Below, piece after piece: positions 38,989 to 47,850 of a stretch of 64,000 nucleotides of DNA. Below the pieces are notes generated by a model. It worked only from the letters and a program-made list of their open reading frames with translations, was not told the origin of the DNA and did not search any database. This DNA is from Caldilineales bacterium. GTDB taxonomy: Bacteria; Chloroflexota; Anaerolineae; Caldilineales; Caldilineaceae. The number at the start of each line of letters is the position of its first letter. The first letter of the stretch is position 1. The stretch covers positions 3,298 through 67,297 of the forward strand of contig JBBRBX010000012.1 in NCBI GenBank assembly GCA_038205395.1, given 5' to 3'. The translations under genes were made by a program, and so were the position numbers.

Positions 38989-40410
38989 TTAGCCGAACGC
39001 AGTAAGCGCCCAACTGATTGTATCACTCAAAAGCTGCGGGGCAATGGCCACCGCAATGGTGACGGCAAGCGCTGTGAGGGCGACGGCGGCGCTCAACGTT
39101 CGCTCCCTGGGGATGCGCCGATTTTCCAGGTAGCCGAACATCATGCGCGCCAGCCGCACATAGCCCACAAACGCGCCGGCCGAGGCTATCAGCACGATGG
39201 CCGCCGGTCGCCAGTCGATCTCGGCCAATGTCAACAGCGCCGCCCAATGTGCGGCAAACCCTGCGCTCAACGGAAAGCCCACCAGTCCCAACCCGCCCAG
39301 CAGCACCGCAGCGCTGTTCCAGGGCATGCGGCTGCCGACGCCGCGCAGTCGCTGTAGGTCGAGGCTGCCCACTGTCGTCTGCAATGCGTTGATGCCGACA
39401 GCCGATGTCGCCATGCTGATCACGCGCAGCGTAAACAGGAACAGCACCAACGTCCAACTGCGCAGGCCGGGCGCTGCCAGCACAACGATGATCAGCCCCC
39501 AGTCGCTGAGGGCGGCATAGGCCCACAAGCGACCGGCGTTCAGCGCACCAATGGAAGCAATCCCACCCCAGATAGTCGTCAACAACCCTAGCCAACTGAG
39601 CCAGACCGGCCAGTCCGTCTGCTGGTACACGAAGGGGTAGGCAAACAAGACTTGCGCGATGAGATGTAGAACAGCAAGCTGGCGCAGCAAAGAGACGAGC
39701 AGAATCGCCGGCGCCGTTGCCGTCTCAGCAGCCACGGGCAGGGAACTGTGCAGCGGAAAAGGAGCCATCAACGCTAGCAGCCCTAGACCCATTAGTGTGC
39801 CGGCAATGCGAGTCAAGGCCAAATCCTGCGGATTCAGCGGAATCTGGTCAATATACCAAGCTGCCAGGAGAAAGAGCGGCGCCGCCAGCAGCGGCGGGAG
39901 CAGCATCCGCAGAGGGCCGGCCGCATCCGCCGCTACGTTGCCTTGCAAGACAAAGATTCCGCCCGCGGCCAGAATGGCCAGCGCCAGCGGTACAGCCACC
40001 ACCGGTGTTTTGGGGCCGGAAGTCAAAAGGGCGACAAAGATATAACCGGTCACCAGCAGCCATGCCAGAGCGGGAAAGGTGCTGTAGCGAGGGCTATTGG
40101 CGGCCAACAGCAGCGCGCAGGCGGTGATCAGCAGGCTCAACACCACGACGGGCATGTTGTCCTGCTGCAATTGGAAGGTGTAGCCGTAACGGGTGAGCGC
40201 GGCGGTCAAGTCTATGTTCCAGCCGGCGGGCATGATCCACATCGGCAGGCTGAAATCCACCTGCCAGATACCGAGGCCGAGCAGGGCAGCCGCGGCGGCG
40301 CCACCAATGGCGACCCAGTTGGACCAGGCGCGCAGCAGAAAGCTGGCCCCCGCCATGAGCAAGAGGATTACCAGCAGAATGGGGAGAAAGGGCAACGTAA
40401 ACAAATTCAC
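38989..40410 (-). CDS. Divergent Nuo/Mrp antiporter-like (NuoN/MrpD-family) membrane protein
   Basis: About 14 TM helices. Recognisable but degenerate family blocks are APFPLHSSLPVAAETATAPAILL (vs FK..PFH.W.PD..EGAPTP), GRLWAYAALSDWG (vs KR.LAYSSI.H.G), and GLVGFPLSAGFAAHW (vs LAG.PP..GF.GK). The GTG start at 40410 overlaps the upstream stop (TAGTG). The first ~269 codons of the 742-aa track ORF are spurious. Confidence 0.7.
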   Translation of the reverse strand: MNLFTLPFLPILLVILLLMAGASFLLRAWSNWVAIGGAAAAALLGLGIWQVDFSLPMWIMPAGWNIDLTAALTRYGYTFQLQQDNMPVVVLSLLITACALLLAANSPRYSTFPALAWLLVTGYIFVALLTSGPKTPVVAVPLALAILAAGGIFVLQGNVAADAAGPLRMLLPPLLAAPLFLLAAWYIDQIPLNPQDLALTRIAGTLMGLGLLALMAPFPLHSSLPVAAETATAPAILLVSLLRQLAVLHLIAQVLFAYPFVYQQTDWPVWLSWLGLLTTIWGGIASIGALNAGRLWAYAALSDWGLIIVVLAAPGLRSWTLVLFLFTLRVISMATSAVGINALQTTVGSLDLQRLRGVGSRMPWNSAAVLLGGLGLVGFPLSAGFAAHWAALLTLAEIDWRPAAIVLIASAGAFVGYVRLARMMFGYLENRRIPRERTLSAAVALTALAVTIAVAIAPQLLSDTISWALTAFG

Positions 40411-41168
40411 TATACGGCTTTCTCCCGCAAAGGGTCCGTCGCCACATTGCCGCCGCGTGATGATGGGTCTGTCTGCTCGGTCGCCGCTACCTGGCGCAGC
40501 TGCCTTCGCACGTACTCCGCCGCCTGCACCATCCACTGCAGAGCCGGGCGGCGCGCAATTGTTGCCCTTGCGGCCGGTTCCAGCAAGATAAGGTAGCCAC
40601 ACGCCAGGGCCAGTATTAGATCGGCGATCCCGATCATTGCCGTCAAGCCGGAGCCGGGCAGCAATACGGAGGCGAGTGCGTAGAGCGGAGTTGACCATAT
40701 CAACACGGCAACCCCGGCCATCAAAGGGCTGCTGGAGAAGCTCCAGAGCGCCAGGCCGCAAAGTGCGGTCCACACCAGCAGATCCGTCTCCATTTTTGAA
40801 AAAAGCGGCAGTGCATAGCCTGTATCTAAAAACCACCAGGCGCCGGTGATAAACAGCAGCGCCATCAACCGCAGCGGCCAATTGGCAGCCTGGCGCGTGG
40901 TGAGAGAAGACGACTGTAGAATGCCGGACACCGCCAAAATGGCCAGTGATAGGGTGATGGCCATCATCTGGCCGGCGGCCAGCAGACCCGGCACATGATG
41001 GATGGCAACCAGGACGGAGCTGGAGCCGAGATGAAGCAGAAACGCTCCGGCCAGTGCAATCCGCCAATCCCAAAGGATAAAAATGGCGCCCGCAATCGCG
41101 GCCAGCAGCAGCACGCCCAGCCCACTGGCGAATAAGCCCCCAAATGCGGTGAAGATGGCTTCGATCAT
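40410..41168 (-). CDS. Hypothetical polytopic membrane protein
   Basis: 252-aa ORF with about 7 TM helices and a charged C-terminal tail. It is sandwiched between the two antiporter-like genes, with 3-nt and 1-nt junctions. Confidence 0.6.
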   Translation of the reverse strand: MIEAIFTAFGGLFASGLGVLLLAAIAGAIFILWDWRIALAGAFLLHLGSSSVLVAIHHVPGLLAAGQMMAITLSLAILAVSGILQSSSLTTRQAANWPLRLMALLFITGAWWFLDTGYALPLFSKMETDLLVWTALCGLALWSFSSSPLMAGVAVLIWSTPLYALASVLLPGSGLTAMIGIADLILALACGYLILLEPAARATIARRPALQWMVQAAEYVRRQLRQVAATEQTDPSSRGGNVATDPLREKAV

Positions 41169-41171
41169 AGG

Positions 41172-42890
41172 TTAGCGCAGCAAGATGAACGCAATCAGCA
41201 TAAATACCAAGAACCAACCCAACGCGCCTGCACCCTCAACCACATGAATGGCGTTGTTGCCCGCCAAGGCCAGCCGGTCAAGACCCCACATACTCAGCCG
41301 GAACAACCACTCCAACTGGCTGAAACGGCTGATGCGGTTGGGCCAGGCGTGCAGCTGCGGCCAGACCCGCGGGCGCAGCCAGACAAGGCCAAACCCCAGC
41401 AGCAGCGGCAAACCCAGTGTGATCCAGACGTTGACGCCCGCAACTGCCGAAGGCGGGTTGCCTAACTCGGCAGGGATCGTGTTGGGCAGCGCCGCCAGTG
41501 TCTCGGTGAACTGCGGCAGGATGCCGCTGATGGCCAGCGGTAAGCCTAAGGCGAGGCTGGCGATCAAAAGCCGCACGACATAATTCTGCGGCAGCGGCAG
41601 TGCGGTTGTGCGGCCGGGCGTGCTCCAACTGCGCAGCAAAGCCGCGATCAGAACACCCTGCGCAACCACGTACAGGATGAACACGGGCCACAAAGCGATG
41701 CCGCCGCTCACCAGCCGTGCCAGCGACGGCTGGGCCAAGAATCCCGGTGTAAAGGGAACGCCTGCCAGTGCCAGCGCACCAAAGCTCACGGGCAATTGCC
41801 AACGCCAGGCGCGCCAGACCTGGTCGCCGACCAGCCAAAGACCACCGCCCAGCGCAAAGGCTGTTGTCGCCCAAAACATACCTGCCGGCCCTGGATTGGC
41901 CGCCAGCCCGCCGGCCAGAACCGCTACACCGGCTGAGCCGATCAGAACGAACGTCACATGATGCAGTTGATCTTCGGCAGTCCAGGCGGCGACCGCCGTG
42001 GCCAGCAGCGCCAGCGTCAAGAGCGTGAGGATGGCCGGCGCCTGGATGATGGCGGCGCCGCCCAGCTTAAACGTCCAGCCGAACAGCCACAGCCCGCACA
42101 ACACCGGCGCCATATGATCCAGCAGCCGTTCCGCCAGGTTGAGCACACTGCGCGTGCGGGGCAGCAGCCAAAGATGAAAGGGATAGACTCCGGCGCGGAT
42201 TGCGGCAGCCAGCAGCATTAGAAAGAGCGTTTCCTGCGGCAGCGTACCTTGAGAAAATTCCTGCGCCGGCCCCGCGGCTCCTGCCGGAAGCAGCCCAATC
42301 AACAGCAGCAGCGCCCCCAGCATACTGAGAATGCGCGCCTCATTGGTGCGCAGCTGCAGACCACTTTCGCCGCTCGTCGGCAGTGGTTCAATCGCCGCAC
42401 GCAGCAGAATGGCGAGGTCGAGGAACACCCAGGCCAGCAGCGCCGTCAATAGGTTGCCGCTGTTGACGAAAAGCAGGCTGCCGGCGAGTACAGCTAGGTT
42501 AGCGCTCACCATTGGCCCCAGCCGGTGCGATTGGCCCTGGCCGGGCTGGCGGTGGCGGCCCAACAAAATGCCCAGCCCGCCGAGCAGGAGGATCAGCCCG
42601 GAAACATAGTAATTCCAACTGTCGCTGATCCAGTAGAGGTTGATGGCGCTTTGCAGCAGCGGTTGCCAGGGCCGACTAAAGGTCGGCACCACCGGCTGAA
42701 ATTGCAGCGCCACAAACAGCAGTGCAGCCACAGCCGCAAAGAGCAGCGCCATGGCCGTCAGCCAGCGGGAGCGCCGCACCCAATGGCCAACCAGCAGTAC
42801 GGCGGCAGCGCCCACCAGCAGCACCAGCGCCGGCCCGATCGGCGACAGCAGAAGTTCAGATAGCATAGTCACAACGGGCGATTGTAGCAC
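41172..42890 (-). CDS. Divergent Nuo/Mrp antiporter-like (NuoL/M/N-family) membrane protein
   Basis: About 15 TM helices. Degenerate family blocks are AIRAGVYPFHLWLLPRT and LALAGVPFTPGFLAQ. GTG start at 42890, with an alternative ATG at 42866. Confidence 0.7.
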   Translation of the reverse strand: MLQSPVVTMLSELLLSPIGPALVLLVGAAAVLLVGHWVRRSRWLTAMALLFAAVAALLFVALQFQPVVPTFSRPWQPLLQSAINLYWISDSWNYYVSGLILLLGGLGILLGRHRQPGQGQSHRLGPMVSANLAVLAGSLLFVNSGNLLTALLAWVFLDLAILLRAAIEPLPTSGESGLQLRTNEARILSMLGALLLLIGLLPAGAAGPAQEFSQGTLPQETLFLMLLAAAIRAGVYPFHLWLLPRTRSVLNLAERLLDHMAPVLCGLWLFGWTFKLGGAAIIQAPAILTLLTLALLATAVAAWTAEDQLHHVTFVLIGSAGVAVLAGGLAANPGPAGMFWATTAFALGGGLWLVGDQVWRAWRWQLPVSFGALALAGVPFTPGFLAQPSLARLVSGGIALWPVFILYVVAQGVLIAALLRSWSTPGRTTALPLPQNYVVRLLIASLALGLPLAISGILPQFTETLAALPNTIPAELGNPPSAVAGVNVWITLGLPLLLGFGLVWLRPRVWPQLHAWPNRISRFSQLEWLFRLSMWGLDRLALAGNNAIHVVEGAGALGWFLVFMLIAFILLR

Positions 42891-42937
42891 AGGCTGCGCG
42901 GGGAGCCGAAAAGCAGCAGCAGCCTTGCAGCAGCGCC

Positions 42938-43843
42938 CTAGGCGTCATCAGCCTCAATTGCTGCGCTGAGAATGCCGGCTACTTCCCCCACGCCGGCAAG
43001 GCGAGCACGTTCGAGCCGTTCAAGCCGTTTGTTGAACTGGCTGAGGGCAAAGTGGCTGAATTCTTCCTGGTTGAGACCAAACGGCATCGTGGGGTAGGCG
43101 TCAAAGACATCGGCGACCACGCCCAGCGCAGGTACAAGCAGCTCGTTCATCGTCGCCTCGGCAACCTCCCACAGGTTGGGGTCGGCGGCGAGCAGCCGTG
43201 CGATCAGAAAGAGGCCATAGGCGATGTGGCGGGATTCATCCTGCTTTAGCAAACGGATGCCGCGGCACTGCCCCGGCAGCAAGCGGTTGCGCTCCAAGGC
43301 GGAAAGATAGGCGTGATAGCCGGTTTCCGCCAAGACGCCCTCTACAATCATGTTATAGGTGACGGCAGCGCGGATTTGAGCCGTCGGCGAGCGATCCGTC
43401 AGCAGCGTCTGCATCGCTTCCGGCAAGGCTTCGTAGATCAATCGGTGGTAGCTGGCGGTGTGAAAATGGGCTAAATCCACATCGACGCCTGCCACCACAT
43501 CCAGAAAACGCCGGAAAAAATCGGTGTGTTTGGCTTCTTCAAACAAGAACGTTGTGAGATAAAGCTCTTCTTCAATGCGCCCTTCACCGCTGATGGTCAG
43601 CAGCAGCGGCAAGATGTCAGCGGTTACTGCTTCTTCCCCGGCCTGAAAAAGTGATGTCAGGTGCAGCAGCACTTCCTGCTCAAGGGTGTTCAACCCTTGC
43701 CAATCCACTTTGTCCTGGGTGAAATCGATGTCGCTGGGATTCCAGACCCCCAAATGTTTGGCTTTTTCAAAGAGACGCATCGGCACGCCGGCCCGGTCCA
43801 ACCCGCGTGCGCTTGTCGATGCAAAGGGTATCTGTGAAAGCAT
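42938..43843 (-). CDS. R2-like ligand-binding oxidase (ferritin-like, RNR-R2 homologue)
   Basis: VWNPSDIDFTQD..W, LFQAGEEAVT and FLFEEAKHTDFF (EExH metal ligands) match the R2lox-type pattern. A perfect AAGGAGG SD lies 6 nt upstream of the ATG. Confidence 0.85.
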   Translation of the reverse strand: MLSQIPFASTSARGLDRAGVPMRLFEKAKHLGVWNPSDIDFTQDKVDWQGLNTLEQEVLLHLTSLFQAGEEAVTADILPLLLTISGEGRIEEELYLTTFLFEEAKHTDFFRRFLDVVAGVDVDLAHFHTASYHRLIYEALPEAMQTLLTDRSPTAQIRAAVTYNMIVEGVLAETGYHAYLSALERNRLLPGQCRGIRLLKQDESRHIAYGLFLIARLLAADPNLWEVAEATMNELLVPALGVVADVFDAYPTMPFGLNQEEFSHFALSQFNKRLERLERARLAGVGEVAGILSAAIEADDA

Positions 43844-43968
43844 TGTACGCCTCCTTTCTCATTTCCAGTTGCCGGGCAAGCACGACAGGCCCTTGCCTCA
43901 GCCGCACTCCGGACTGCGTTTTGTCTTTAAGTATAGATAGCTCCCTTTCAGTATACACCAGTGAGCAG

Positions 43969-43977
43969 TGGTATAAT
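43969..43977 (+). promoter_or_regulatory. Extended -10 promoter element placed for a near-leaderless transcript
   Basis: TGgTATAAT at 43969-43977. The ATG at 43987 lies 9 nt after the -10, and there is no SD. Confidence 0.45.
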
Positions 43978-43986
43978 GGGCAGACT

Positions 43987-44826
43987 ATGAGCGAAAACTT
44001 GACTTGGTGGCAGCAGCTCAATAACCGCTGGTATGCGATTCCGGCGGTGGCGCAGTGGTGGGCGCGGCGGGCAGCACAGCAGTTACAGCCACTCACGGCA
44101 GATGATGTGGCCATCCCCTTTGCGCGCCTCACAAAGCCGTTGTCGCAGTGCCGGGCTGCATTAGTCACGACAGCCGGCGTGCATATGCGCAGCCAGCCGC
44201 CGTTCGATATGCAAAACCCTGACGGTGACGCCTCCTATCGCGCCATTCCCGCCGCCGCCGCCGCCGAAGCGCTCACAATTACGCATAAATACTATGACCA
44301 CAGCGACGCCGATCGCGATTTGAATGTCGTGTTTCCCCTCGCCCACTTGCGCGATCTGGTGCGGCAAGGGGTGATCGGCGGGCTGGCGGCACAGCAATTC
44401 GGTTTTATGGGCCATATCGAAGGGCAGCAGCTTGCCGTTTTGCAAAACAAAACGGCCCCAGAGGTGGCTGCCCGGTTGCGCCAGAGCGGCGCTGATTTCG
44501 TTCTGCTGACGCCTGCTTGAGGGCTGTGTAATCGGTCCGTGGGACTGATCGCACGTGCTGTAGAGGCTGTCGGCGTTCCGACAATTGCCGTGTCCATTGC
44601 CCGCGATCTGACGGAAGCCGTCGGGACGCCGCGCGCCATTTTTCTGCGTTGGCCGCTGGGACATCCGTTGGGCGAAGCCGGTCAGCCGGCGCAGCAGCGC
44701 AGCGTGATCTATCAAGCTCTGCGCCAACTGCGGGATGCCGATGAGCCGGGAGTTATTGCGGACATAGGCTTGCGCTGGCGGCGCGAACAATATAGCGAAC
44801 CAGACTGGGCCAGGTTGGCGGATTAG
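43987..44826 (+). CDS. GrdB/PrdB-family reductase-like protein, candidate selenoprotein (in-frame UGA at 44518-44520)
   Basis: Track ORFs 43807-44520 and 44539-44826 share one frame and are separated only by TGA plus 6 sense codons. Read-through gives ...ADFVLLTPA-U-GLCNRSVGLIARAVEAVGVPTIAV... The U-x-x-C followed by ..R....A...E..G.P is the pattern I recall around Sec/Cys in GrdB-family proteins. The N-terminal part has GVH..SQPPF, GD.SYR.IP and NVVFPL..LR.L blocks of the same family. Confidence 0.7.
44531..44549 (+). promoter_or_regulatory. Candidate bacterial SECIS hairpin
   Basis: AUCGGUCC-GUG-GGACUGAU forms an 8-bp stem (one G-U) starting 11 nt after the UGA. The apical G and U lie 22-23 nt from the U of UGA, similar to the geometry of the E. 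coli fdhF SECIS. Confidence 0.5.
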
Positions 44827-44907
44827 CACAAGCTGCCACCCAGCCCTCAGCGGAAGGCCCACCAGGCGACCCAATGCGAAAGTGACGCTGCAAAAGGAAT
44901 TGAGAAG

Positions 44908-45252
44908 ATGAACAAGCAACCGCTAAAGTGGACTGCTGTCCTATTTGCTTTCGCCGCCAACCTCCTGCTGGTGACACTGGCTAACGGCCTTGTGCGGACG
45001 CTGCAGTGGCCGGTCGAGTTTGAGATTCTGGCTACCTTGATCGCTCCCTTGTCGGCGGGCATACTGACCGCCTTCTATGCCCCGCATCGCGGCGCAATGC
45101 ATGCGTTTTTGGGGGGTATGCTCAGCATCCTGCCTTTGGGGCTGTTTATCTTCGATGGCGTCTGGCAGTTCGCGATCTATGCCGGCTGCTTCTGCACCTT
45201 GGGCGGCGCGTTGACGGAGATCATTGCGCGCCGGCTGCGCCCCGCCGCATAA
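44908..45252 (+). CDS. Hypothetical small membrane protein
   Basis: 114-aa ORF with 4 TM helices. A GGAATTGAGAAG purine-rich stretch lies upstream of the ATG. Confidence 0.6.
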   Translation: MNKQPLKWTAVLFAFAANLLLVTLANGLVRTLQWPVEFEILATLIAPLSAGILTAFYAPHRGAMHAFLGGMLSILPLGLFIFDGVWQFAIYAGCFCTLGGALTEIIARRLRPAA

Positions 45253-45392
45253 GTAAGCATCTCCTCGATTGGTTAGCCTGCACCTGTCCACATTGACGGT
45301 GCAAACGTCCTCCCGGTTGTGGTAGGGTAGAGGCAGGCGGGGCGCTGCGTGGCTGTTGGCCCGAGAGACGAAAGGACACGGTACATCTCTTC

Positions 45393-47348
45393 ATGCATGG
45401 TGGCGGCTGGTGGAGTTACATCGCTTTTGACGAAAAAAACAAAAATGCACACATTGATCGGGTGCTGCTGCGGCGCATTTTCACCTATGCGCGCCCTTAC
45501 GTGTTGGCGGTCACAATGGTGCTGTCTACGATTGTGGCTACTTCTTTGCTGGGGCTGCTGCCCCCACTCATTTATCAGAATCTGATCGATGAGGTTCTAC
45601 CGCAGGGCAACGTTCAGCGGCTGAATCTTTTGGCGTTGGGCCTGTTTGCGGTGCCGTTGTTTTCCGGCCTGCTGGGCGTGGTGCAGCGCCACTTCAGCGC
45701 CCGCGCCGGCGAAGGCATTATTTACGATCTGCGGCGTGAGATGTACGCGCATTTGCAGAAGATGTCGCTACGCTTTTTCACCAACACCCGCTCCGGTGAA
45801 GTGATTTCGCGCTTCAACTCGGATGTGGTCGGCGCACAAAATGCAATTACCGGCACGATCCCGGACATTGTTACCAATGCCGTCACACTTGTCTCGACCC
45901 TGGTGGTCATGCTTGCCATTGAATGGAGGCTGGCGATCTTGTCGGTGCTGGTGCTGCCGCTTTTTCTGCTGCCGGCGCGGCGCGTCGCCCGCATCTTTCG
46001 GTCGATCCGGCGCACGGCGATGGAATTGAATGCGGATATGAGCAACCAGATTGGCGAAACGCTTTCCGTCAATGGGGCGCTGCTGGTCAAGACGTTTGGC
46101 CGTGAAGCAGACGAATTGCAGCGCTATCGCACGGTTGCCGCCAATGTGCGCGATATCGGCATCCGCCGCGCCCAGGTGGGCCAGTTGTTTTTTATGGGCT
46201 TGGGCTTGGCGGGGGCCATCGGCACCGCCCTGATCTACTGGTTTGGCGGCCACCTTGTCATTTCCGGCGCCATGTCAGCCGGTACGATTGTGGCGTTTGC
46301 CGCCTACCTGACGCGCCTCTATGGCCCCATCTCGGCTTTGACCAATGTCCAGGTGGAATTTGTTACGTCGCTGGTCAGTTTTGAGCGGGTGTTTGAGTAT
46401 TTGGATATCCCCGTGGAAATTCGCGATCGGCCGGATGCCGTCGTCTTGCAGAAGGTGCAGGGCCGCATCGAGTTTGATTCTGTAGACTTTCAGTATGCTG
46501 CGCCACCGCCGGCTGCCGAATTGGACAGCGGGCCGGGCAGCGCACCGGGCAGCACCGGATCCGGCAATGGACGTGACGGCGACAAGGAGGCGAGCAGCGC
46601 CATAGTAGCGCGCCCGGCTTTGCAGGGCGTTTCCTTCACCATTGAGCCGGGTCAGTTGGTGGCGCTGGTCGGCCCCAGCGGCGCCGGCAAGACGACCATC
46701 ACTTATTTGCTGCCGCGCCTGTATGATCCAACCAGCGGACGTATCACCATCGATGGCCATGACCTGCGCGAGGTGAAACAGGTTTCGCTGGCGGAACAAA
46801 TCGGCATGGTCACGCAGGAGACTTACCTGTTCCACGACACCATCCGCGCCAATCTTCTTTATGCCCGGCCGGACGCCACCCAGGCTGAATTGGAAGCCGC
46901 CTGCCGCGCAGCCAACATCTACCCGATGATCGCCGAGCTTCCGCAGGGGTTTGACACGACAGTCGGTGAGCGCGGCTACCGGCTCAGCGGCGGCGAAAAG
47001 CAGCGGCTTGCCATTGCGCGCGTGATTTTGAAGGATCCGCGTATCCTCGTCCTGGATGAAGCGACTTCCCATCTGGATTCTCAAAATGAGGCGCTGATTC
47101 AGGCGGCGCTGGCCCCCTTGTTTGAAGGGCGAACCAGTGTGGTGATTGCCCATCGTCTGTCCACTGTGCTGGCGGCGGATAAAATCCTTGTGTTGAGCAG
47201 AGGTCGCATTGTCGAGCAGGGGACCCATGCCGAACTGCTGGCGCAGCATGGCCTGTACACTGATCTGTACGAGACCCAGTTTCGTGAGCAGTCGCTGGAT
47301 GTCGTCAGCGCTGCGCCACCGGCCCGCCCTGCACATGCCAGCGTGTGA
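45393..47348 (+). CDS. ABC exporter, fused TMD-NBD (MsbA/multidrug-type)
   Basis: Six-TM ABC exporter domain, Walker A GPSGAGKTT, signature LSGGEKQRLAIARV, and Walker B ILVLDEATSHLD. A ~35-aa Gly/Ser/Pro-rich insertion lies at the start of the NBD. Confidence 0.92.
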   Translation: MHGGGWWSYIAFDEKNKNAHIDRVLLRRIFTYARPYVLAVTMVLSTIVATSLLGLLPPLIYQNLIDEVLPQGNVQRLNLLALGLFAVPLFSGLLGVVQRHFSARAGEGIIYDLRREMYAHLQKMSLRFFTNTRSGEVISRFNSDVVGAQNAITGTIPDIVTNAVTLVSTLVVMLAIEWRLAILSVLVLPLFLLPARRVARIFRSIRRTAMELNADMSNQIGETLSVNGALLVKTFGREADELQRYRTVAANVRDIGIRRAQVGQLFFMGLGLAGAIGTALIYWFGGHLVISGAMSAGTIVAFAAYLTRLYGPISALTNVQVEFVTSLVSFERVFEYLDIPVEIRDRPDAVVLQKVQGRIEFDSVDFQYAAPPPAAELDSGPGSAPGSTGSGNGRDGDKEASSAIVARPALQGVSFTIEPGQLVALVGPSGAGKTTITYLLPRLYDPTSGRITIDGHDLREVKQVSLAEQIGMVTQETYLFHDTIRANLLYARPDATQAELEAACRAANIYPMIAELPQGFDTTVGERGYRLSGGEKQRLAIARVILKDPRILVLDEATSHLDSQNEALIQAALAPLFEGRTSVVIAHRLSTVLAADKILVLSRGRIVEQGTHAELLAQHGLYTDLYETQFREQSLDVVSAAPPARPAHASV

Positions 47349-47820
47349 TGCCGCCGGTCATGTTATATGCTTCATAGCCTTGTTGGCGCAGATAGTGCGC
47401 CACACCCCAGGAGCGGCTGCCATGTGCGCAGAAGACCACAACCGGGCGATCCTGCGGCAGCAGCGCTAACTGCTCCGCCACTTCGTCCATGGGGATGTGG
47501 TGGGCGTCGGCGATGTGCACCTGGTTCCACTCATATTGTTCGCGCACGTCGAGCAGCCAAAGAGGCTGGCCGCTCGCCAGCGCTTGCTGCACCTGCTCCG
47601 GCGTCCTTTCCGGTACATTCTCCTCTTCCGCTGCATCGTCATCTTTCGGTTCCGGCTCGGCCATAAATGGGGCCGGTCGTTGCGCAGCGGCAGACGGCCC
47701 GGAAAATAGTCGCTTGATGGAATTCCACAGTTGCACAGTCACCACCTTTGCTTTGCTGGTTTTAACTCTGTTGCCGATGTTTTTATTGTTCCGCCTAACA
47801 GGCCGCCTGACTGTCAGCAT
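47305..47820 (-). CDS. Rhodanese-domain sulfurtransferase
   Basis: LLDVREQYEW..HI..A.HIP and the active-site loop VVFCAHGSRS. The N-terminal ~50 aa are uncertain, with an alternative ATG at 47664. It overlaps the convergent ABC exporter 3' end by 44 nt. Confidence 0.8.
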   Translation of the reverse strand: MLTVRRPVRRNNKNIGNRVKTSKAKVVTVQLWNSIKRLFSGPSAAAQRPAPFMAEPEPKDDDAAEEENVPERTPEQVQQALASGQPLWLLDVREQYEWNQVHIADAHHIPMDEVAEQLALLPQDRPVVVFCAHGSRSWGVAHYLRQQGYEAYNMTGGITRWHVQGGPVAQR

Positions 47821-47850
47821 TCTTCTGATTTGGCGTCTCCGCTGTACCTA

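Noticed and set aside
40411-41217. The N-terminal ~269 codons of the 742-aa track ORF 38989-41217.
   Set aside because: This part is Arg/Gly/Ala-rich junk. It overlaps, out of frame, the well-formed 252-aa membrane-protein ORF (40410-41168). The real gene starts at the GTG at 40410, where TM-helix-like sequence begins and the upstream stop overlaps (TAGTG).
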